NCBI GenBank assembly: GCA_046294345.1
Contig: JBKBJT010000015.1
Coordinates: 2,739-66,738 of the forward strand
Direction: 5' to 3'
Length of the DNA: 64,000 nucleotides
From: Ferrovibrio sp.
GTDB lineage: Bacteria; Pseudomonadota; Alphaproteobacteria; Ferrovibrionales; Ferrovibrionaceae
A program made the position numbers and the translations under genes. The notes below the pieces were generated by a model. That model was not told where the DNA came from. It searched no databases and was given only the letters and a program-made list of their open reading frames with translations. This document shows, in pieces, positions 58,676-64,000 of the stretch (its first letter is position 1; each line of letters starts with the position of its first letter).

Positions 58676-60117
58676 CAGAACAATTCCTCCTGGCCGGGCG
58701 GCTTGGCCGCAACGGTACCGCGACGGGCCGGCGCCGCGCTGCCGCCTTCGATGCGGGCCTGACGGCGGCCATCCTGCATCTCGATGGTGACGGCCGCGCC
58801 CGGCACCATACCAGCCGCCGATTTCAGCGCATGGCCATCGGCGCCATAGACCACGGCGAAGCCGCGCGACAGCACATTCCTGTAAGACAGACTTTCCAGC
58901 AGCTTCGCTGGCTGGGCCAGCCGCTGGATTGCATCGGCCTGGCGCTGGCGCAGGGCACGCAGCAGCCGCGCATCGGCATCCAGCAGCCGGCGGCGATAAT
59001 CCGCCACTTCCCGCCGCAGCAGGGCTGGCCGCAGCTTGGCGAATTTGGTTTCCATCTGCGCGCGCTGGGCAGCAACGCCGACGCGCAGGGCATGCTTCAG
59101 CCGGTCCGACAGATCATCGAAACGCTGCCGCGCCATTTCCAACTGCTCGCGCGGGCCACGCAGGCCACGCCCCAGCCCATCCAGATGCTGGCGCTTCTCA
59201 CGCACCAGCCGGGTGATGCCACGGCGCAGGCGTTCATCGAAGCTGGCGACGCTGCTCACCAGTTCCATGCGCACCGGCACCGCCATTTCGGCGGCTGCCG
59301 TGGGCGTCGGCGCACGGCGGTCGGACGCGAAATCGATCAGCGTGGTGTCGGTTTCATGGCCCACGGCCGAGATCAGCGGAATGTCGGAGCCGGCTGCGGC
59401 GCGCACCACCACTTCCTCGTTGAAGGCCATCAGGTCTTCCAGGCTGCCGCCGCCACGCGCCACGATCAGCAGATCGGGTCGCGGCACGACGCCATCGGCG
59501 GGCAATGCATTGAAACCGCGGATCGCCCTGGCCACCTGTTCGGCGGCGCCTTCGCCCTGCACCAGCACCGGCCAGACCAGCACATGGGTCGGGAAACGGT
59601 CGGCCAGGCGATGCAGGATGTCGCGGATCACGGCACCCGTTGGCGAAGTCACCACGCCGATCACACGCGGCAGGTAAGGCAGCGGGCGTTTACGCTCAGG
59701 CGCGAACAGGCCCTCGGCAGCCAGCTTCTGCTTGCGCTGCTCCAGCAGGGCCATCAGCGCGCCGAGGCCGGCCAGCTCCATGCGCTCGACCACCATCTGG
59801 TATTTCGAGCGGCCGGGATAGCTGGTCAGCTTGCCCGAGCAGACCACTTCCATGCCATCTTCCGCCTTCACCCCCAGCCGGGCGGCGCTGCCTTTCCAGC
59901 AGACGGCATCCAGCACCGAATCGGCATCTTTGAGCGAGAAATACAGATGCCCCGAGGCGGCGCGCTTGAAACCGGAAATTTCGCCGCGCACGCGCACCCA
60001 GCCGAAGGTCTCCTCGATGCTGCGCTTCAGGCGCAGCGACAGCTCGGTGACGCTGTATTCCGGCACATTGGTGGCCACCGCCGGGGCACTGGCGGGAATC
60101 GTGTTCGAATCGCTCAT
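58675..60117 (-). CDS. xseA: exodeoxyribonuclease VII large subunit
   Basis: [64 protein letters not shown]; start ATG 60117. Confidence 0.95.
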   Translation of the reverse strand: MSDSNTIPASAPAVATNVPEYSVTELSLRLKRSIEETFGWVRVRGEISGFKRAASGHLYFSLKDADSVLDAVCWKGSAARLGVKAEDGMEVVCSGKLTSYPGRSKYQMVVERMELAGLGALMALLEQRKQKLAAEGLFAPERKRPLPYLPRVIGVVTSPTGAVIRDILHRLADRFPTHVLVWPVLVQGEGAAEQVARAIRGFNALPADGVVPRPDLLIVARGGGSLEDLMAFNEEVVVRAAAGSDIPLISAVGHETDTTLIDFASDRRAPTPTAAAEMAVPVRMELVSSVASFDERLRRGITRLVREKRQHLDGLGRGLRGPREQLEMARQRFDDLSDRLKHALRVGVAAQRAQMETKFAKLRPALLRREVADYRRRLLDADARLLRALRQRQADAIQRLAQPAKLLESLSYRNVLSRGFAVVYGADGHALKSAAGMVPGAAVTIEMQDGRRQARIEGGSAAPARRGTVAAKPPGQEELF

Positions 60118-60237
60118 TCCGGGAACCTTGAATCCATGGCCGGCATGATACAAAGATTGCCGCCGCCGCTCCAGCCGCCCCTCCGGCCGGCGAAGGGCGC
60201 GGAACAGCCATTTTCCTGTCATTTCCCGGGTAAACAG

Positions 60238-61506
60238 ATGAACCTTCTCGTTATCGGATCGGGCGGCCGCGAACATGCCCTGTGCTGGGCGCTGTCTGCC
60301 TCGCCGCTGGTGACCAAGCTGGTCTGCGCCCCGGGCAATCCCGGCATCGGCCAGGTGGCCAGACTGGCCCCGGTCAACCCGACCGATCTGGATGCCGTGC
60401 TGCAACTCTGCCGCGACGAGCATATCGATTTCGTGGTGGTCGGCCCCGAGGCGCCCTTGGTGGCCGGCTTGGTCGACCACCTGGAAGCCGCCGGCTTCGC
60501 CTGTTTCGGCCCGACCAAATCCGCCGCCCGGCTGGAAGGCTCGAAAGGCTTCATGAAGGACCTCTGCGCCAAATACGGCATCCCCACCGCCGCCTATGGC
60601 CGCTTCCACGATGCCGCCTCGGCGGAGGCCTTCATCCGCAAGCAGGGCGCGCCCATCGTGGTGAAGGCCGATGGCCTGGCCGCTGGCAAGGGCGTAACGG
60701 TTGCCATGACGCTGGACGAAGCCCTTGCCGCGAATACGGCGCTGTTCACCGAGGCCGGCGCGGAAGTGGTGATCGAGGAATTCCTGGATGGCGAGGAGGT
60801 CAGTTTCTTCGCCCTGGTCGATGGCAAGCATGCCCTGCCACTCGCCTCGGCGCAGGACCACAAGCGCGTCGGCGATGGCGATACAGGCCCCAATACAGGC
60901 GGCATGGGCGCCTATTCGCCTGCCCCGGCGCTGACCCCGGCCTTGCAGGCCGAGGTGATGGAAAAAATCATCAACCCGACCGTGGCGGCCATGATGGCCG
61001 AAGGTGCGCCGTTCAAGGGCGTGCTTTTTGCCGGCCTGATGCTGACGAAAGACGGCCCAAAGCTGCTGGAATACAATACCCGCTTCGGCGATCCGGAATG
61101 TCAGACGCTGATGCTGCGCCTGAAATCCGACCTGCTGCCGGCCCTGATGGCATCGCGCGATGGCGTGCTGAAGGATTTCGACCTGCGCTGGCGTGACGAC
61201 ACCGCGCTCTGCGTCGTGATGGCCGCTGAGGGCTATCCCGGCGAGCCGCGCAAGGGTACCGTCATCGAAGGCCTTGATGCCGCTGCGGCCGAACCCGATG
61301 TCCAGGTCTTTCATGCCGGCACGGCGCAGCGTGCCGATGGCGCCATCGTGGCCAATGGCGGGCGCGTCCTGGGCATCTGCGCCTACGGTCCCAGCGTGCG
61401 GGCCGCACAGCAGCGCGCCTATGCCGCTGTGGATAAGATCCGCTGGCCCGAGGGCTTCTGCCGTCGCGACATCGGCTGGCGCGCCGTGGCGCGCGAACAG
61501 CAGTAA
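60238..61506 (+). CDS. purD: phosphoribosylamine--glycine ligase
   Basis: [68 protein letters not shown]. Confidence 0.97.
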   Translation: MNLLVIGSGGREHALCWALSASPLVTKLVCAPGNPGIGQVARLAPVNPTDLDAVLQLCRDEHIDFVVVGPEAPLVAGLVDHLEAAGFACFGPTKSAARLEGSKGFMKDLCAKYGIPTAAYGRFHDAASAEAFIRKQGAPIVVKADGLAAGKGVTVAMTLDEALAANTALFTEAGAEVVIEEFLDGEEVSFFALVDGKHALPLASAQDHKRVGDGDTGPNTGGMGAYSPAPALTPALQAEVMEKIINPTVAAMMAEGAPFKGVLFAGLMLTKDGPKLLEYNTRFGDPECQTLMLRLKSDLLPALMASRDGVLKDFDLRWRDDTALCVVMAAEGYPGEPRKGTVIEGLDAAAAEPDVQVFHAGTAQRADGAIVANGGRVLGICAYGPSVRAAQQRAYAAVDKIRWPEGFCRRDIGWRAVAREQQ

Positions 61507-61562
61507 TCCGGGGCTGGCCCGCCGTGGCGCGCGAGCAGCAGTAATCCGGGGCTGGCGCGCCG
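61474..61562 (+). repeat. 38-bp tandem direct repeat (2 full copies plus 1 partial) duplicating the purD 3' end and stop
   Basis: GGCTGGCGCGCCGTGGCGCGCGAACAGCAGTAATCCGG (61474-61511), copy with 2 mismatches (61512-61549), partial GGCTGGCGCGCCG (61550-61562). Confidence 0.85.
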
Positions 61563-61725
61563 CCAAATCGAGTAAACGGCGCGCGAACAAAAATAACAAC
61601 CGCACACAGGCAATCCGTCGGCCCGATCCGCCGGCCGCGGGTGGTTGCGCCGCCCTGCTTGGCTTGGCTATCGTATCCGGGAGCGTCGCCGTCTCCGGCG
61701 CTCCAAGAGACGGGGAAACGATAGC

Positions 61726-62790
61726 ATGAGTGATCAGGACCGCTTCGCAGGCACCATGCCGGTGCAGGAGCGCCACAGGTTCGACGAAGCCGCGCTGGAA
61801 CGCTGGCTGAAAGAGAACGTGCCCGACTATCGCGGTCCGCTGACCGTGCAGCAGTTCAAGGGTGGGCAGTCGAACCCCACCTTCATGCTGATCACGCCGA
61901 CGAAGAAATATGTGCTGCGCCGCAAGCCGCCGGGCAAGCTGTTGCCATCGGCGCATGCCGTCGACCGCGAATATCGCGTCATCACGGCACTCGGCCAAAC
62001 CGATGTGCCGGTCGCCCGTACCTATGGCCTGTGCGAGGACGATGGCGTGATCGGGACCGCCTTTTACGTGATGGATTGCGTGGAAGGCCGCATTTTCTGG
62101 GACCAGCGCCTGCCCGGCATGACCCGCGATGAGCGCGCCGGCATCTTCGACGCCATGAACCGCACCATCGCGGCGCTGCATCAGGTGGATTACAACGCCA
62201 TCGGCCTGGGCGATTACGGCAAGCCTGGCGATTATTTCGCCCGTCAGATCAGTCGCTGGAGCAAGCAGTATAAAGCGTCCGAGACGGAAGAGATTCCGGC
62301 CATGGACAAGCTGATCGAATGGCTGCCGGCCAACATCCCGCCGGGCGACGAGACCAGCATCGTGCATGGCGACTACCGGATGGACAACATGATCTTCCAT
62401 CCGAGCGAGCCGCGGGTGATCGCGGTGCTGGACTGGGAACTCTCCACGCTGGGCCATCCGCTGGGCGATTTCACCTACCACCTGATGTCATGGCGGCTGG
62501 CGCCGGAAACCTTCCGTGGCCTGGCCGGGGTCGATTTCGCCGCCCTGGGCATCCCGAATGAGCAGGACTACATCGCCGCCTATTGCCGACGCACCGGCCG
62601 CGACGGCATTCCCCATCTCGAATTCTACATGGCCTATAACATGTTCCGTATTGCCGGCATCCTGCAGGGCATCATGGGACGGGTGAAGGACGGCACGGCT
62701 GCCAGCCAGCATGCGATTGAATCGGGCAAGCGCGCCCGACCGATCGCCGAACAAGCCTGGGCGGTCGTCGAGAAGATGATGGGAGGCTGA
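61726..62790 (+). CDS. APH-fold phosphotransferase (ACAD10/11 kinase-domain / LvaA-like)
   Basis: FKGGQSNPTF, VLRRKPPG.LLPSAHAVDREY, HGDYRMDN, VLDWELSTLGHPL. Confidence 0.9.
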   Translation: MSDQDRFAGTMPVQERHRFDEAALERWLKENVPDYRGPLTVQQFKGGQSNPTFMLITPTKKYVLRRKPPGKLLPSAHAVDREYRVITALGQTDVPVARTYGLCEDDGVIGTAFYVMDCVEGRIFWDQRLPGMTRDERAGIFDAMNRTIAALHQVDYNAIGLGDYGKPGDYFARQISRWSKQYKASETEEIPAMDKLIEWLPANIPPGDETSIVHGDYRMDNMIFHPSEPRVIAVLDWELSTLGHPLGDFTYHLMSWRLAPETFRGLAGVDFAALGIPNEQDYIAAYCRRTGRDGIPHLEFYMAYNMFRIAGILQGIMGRVKDGTAASQHAIESGKRARPIAEQAWAVVEKMMGG

Positions 62791-62796
62791 ACAGGC

Positions 62797-63864
62797 ATGG
62801 CGGCCGTCGATCTGACCCCCGTACAACCGCAGCACCGGTTCGACGAGGCCAAGTTGACGGCATATCTGCAACGCCACCTGCCCGATTTCAAAACCCCGCT
62901 GACCATTCAGCAGTTCAAGGGCCCGGCCGCCAGCCCCGCTTTCCTGCTGCACATGCCCGGCCGCAACATGGTGCTGCGCAAGCGCAGCCAGCCCAAGAAG
63001 GGCTGCACCATGGCGGAATCCATCGAACGCGATTTCGGCCTGTTGCGCGCTCTGCACGCCGCCGGATTACCGGTCGGTATGCCGCAACTGGCCTGTACCG
63101 ACGAGAAGGTGATCGGCACGCCGTTTTACCTGCTCGACTTCGTGCCCGGCCGACAGTTTCGCGACCCCAACCTGCCCGGCATGGATGCCAAGCAGCGCCA
63201 GGCGCATTACGATGCGATGGCCGCGACCATGGCCGCCATCCATGCATTGCCGCCCGCCGCCACCGGCCTGCCGGTGAATGGCGGCGGCCTGGATTACCTG
63301 AACCGCCAGATCGCCACGTTGTGCGAGCAGTATCGTGCCAACCGCACCGAGGAGATCGGCGCGATGGAGCGCCTGCTCGACTGGTTGCCGGGCCATGTGC
63401 CGACGGACGACCTCACTTCACTGATGCATGGCAATTTGCGGCTGGAGAATCTCGTGTTCCATCCCAGCGAGCCGCGCATCGTGGCCATCCTGGACTGGGA
63501 TCTGGCCCTGATCGGCCATCCGCTCGCCGACCTTGCCATCAACTGCATGCCCTATCGTGTCACCATTCCCGGCATGGGCAGCCTGCAGGGCACAGATTTC
63601 ATCGAAACCGGCATCCCGGGCGAGCCGGACTATATCGCCAGCTATTGCCGTCACAGTTCCTGGCCGACGATCCGCGACAACGGCATCGCGCACTGGAACT
63701 TCTATCTGGCTTTCGCGCTATTCCGCGTTGCCGTGATGGCGCAGGGCATCGTCAAGCGTGGCATGGCCGGAGACAATGCCTCACCCACGCTGAAAGCATA
63801 CAGCGCGGTTATGCGGTCTGTCGCCAACCAGGCCTGGAATCAGGTGGATGGCGGCGACGACTGA
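62797..63864 (+). CDS. APH-fold phosphotransferase paralog with degenerate catalytic motifs (putative pseudokinase)
   Basis: Collinear with the upstream gene but FKGPAASPAF, HGNLRLEN (Asp to Asn), ILDWDLA. Confidence 0.8.
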   Translation: MAAVDLTPVQPQHRFDEAKLTAYLQRHLPDFKTPLTIQQFKGPAASPAFLLHMPGRNMVLRKRSQPKKGCTMAESIERDFGLLRALHAAGLPVGMPQLACTDEKVIGTPFYLLDFVPGRQFRDPNLPGMDAKQRQAHYDAMAATMAAIHALPPAATGLPVNGGGLDYLNRQIATLCEQYRANRTEEIGAMERLLDWLPGHVPTDDLTSLMHGNLRLENLVFHPSEPRIVAILDWDLALIGHPLADLAINCMPYRVTIPGMGSLQGTDFIETGIPGEPDYIASYCRHSSWPTIRDNGIAHWNFYLAFALFRVAVMAQGIVKRGMAGDNASPTLKAYSAVMRSVANQAWNQVDGGDD

Positions 63865-63885
63865 GCGATAGGATGTCAGGCCATG

Positions 63886-63912
63886 AAAAAGGGCGCCGCT
63901 CGGCGCCCTTTT
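63886..63912. terminator. bidirectional rho-independent terminator
   Basis: AAAAAGGGCGCCG-ct-CGGCGCCCTTTT. Confidence 0.85.
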
Positions 63913-63938
63913 CCGTTTCACGCATGACCAGAGATGGT

Positions 63939-64000
63939 TCAGATCCAGAACGGGGGCACGCCGTAATAGTCGTGCACCTTGCGGCCCCAGGCCTCGTCTT
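63939..64000 (-). CDS. 3' end of a gene running off the window (PRC-barrel protein-like C-terminus)
   Basis: ...DEAWGRKVHDYYGVPPFWI* converging on the terminator; the 'V..YYG.PP.W' ending is typical of small alphaproteobacterial PRC-barrel proteins. Confidence 0.5.
   Translation of the reverse strand, partial: DEAWGRKVHDYYGVPPFWI

Noticed and set aside
61474-61562. Possible mini-CRISPR array
   Set aside because: The repeats are directly adjacent with no unique spacers, overlap purD coding sequence, and no cas genes are present.
58396-62481. Very long overlapping ORFs (1036 aa on +, 1268 aa on -) suggesting giant PurD or XseA fusions
   Set aside because: The extensions are antisense shadow frames of the divergent partner gene in high-GC DNA; real homology starts at ATG 60238 (purD) and ATG 60117 (xseA).

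Overview
High-GC (about 65-70% by eye) chromosomal segment of an alphaproteobacterium, probably Rhodospirillales-like, judged from gcrA, gapR/DUF2312, regB/regA, DUF2093 and the DUF374-lpxK-acyltransferase genes. It holds about 60 densely packed genes, mostly housekeeping or metabolic: a fused indolepyruvate:ferredoxin oxidoreductase, beta-oxidation/pim-like genes, prfC, zwf, tkt, hldE, an msbA-lipid A cluster, xseA, purD, cheW-MCP and two-component systems. I found no rRNA, tRNA, CRISPR array, transposase or integrase. The most notable observations are: (1) a tightly coupled hldE / FAD-oxidoreductase / aldo-keto-reductase module inside a 10-gene directon, which could be an HldD-independent heptose or LPS-sugar redox step; (2) a lone AT-rich orphan gene whose insertion appears to have rewritten the C-terminus of the neighbouring enoyl-CoA hydratase; (3) a tandem APH-fold kinase plus catalytically degenerate pseudokinase pair; (4) a lipid A operon lacking waaA at its usual position; (5) DnaA boxes upstream of both gapR and gcrA, several clean operator palindromes, a REPIN-like doublet and a 38-bp tandem duplication of the purD 3' end. 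All product calls come from motif recognition by eye; no database search was run.
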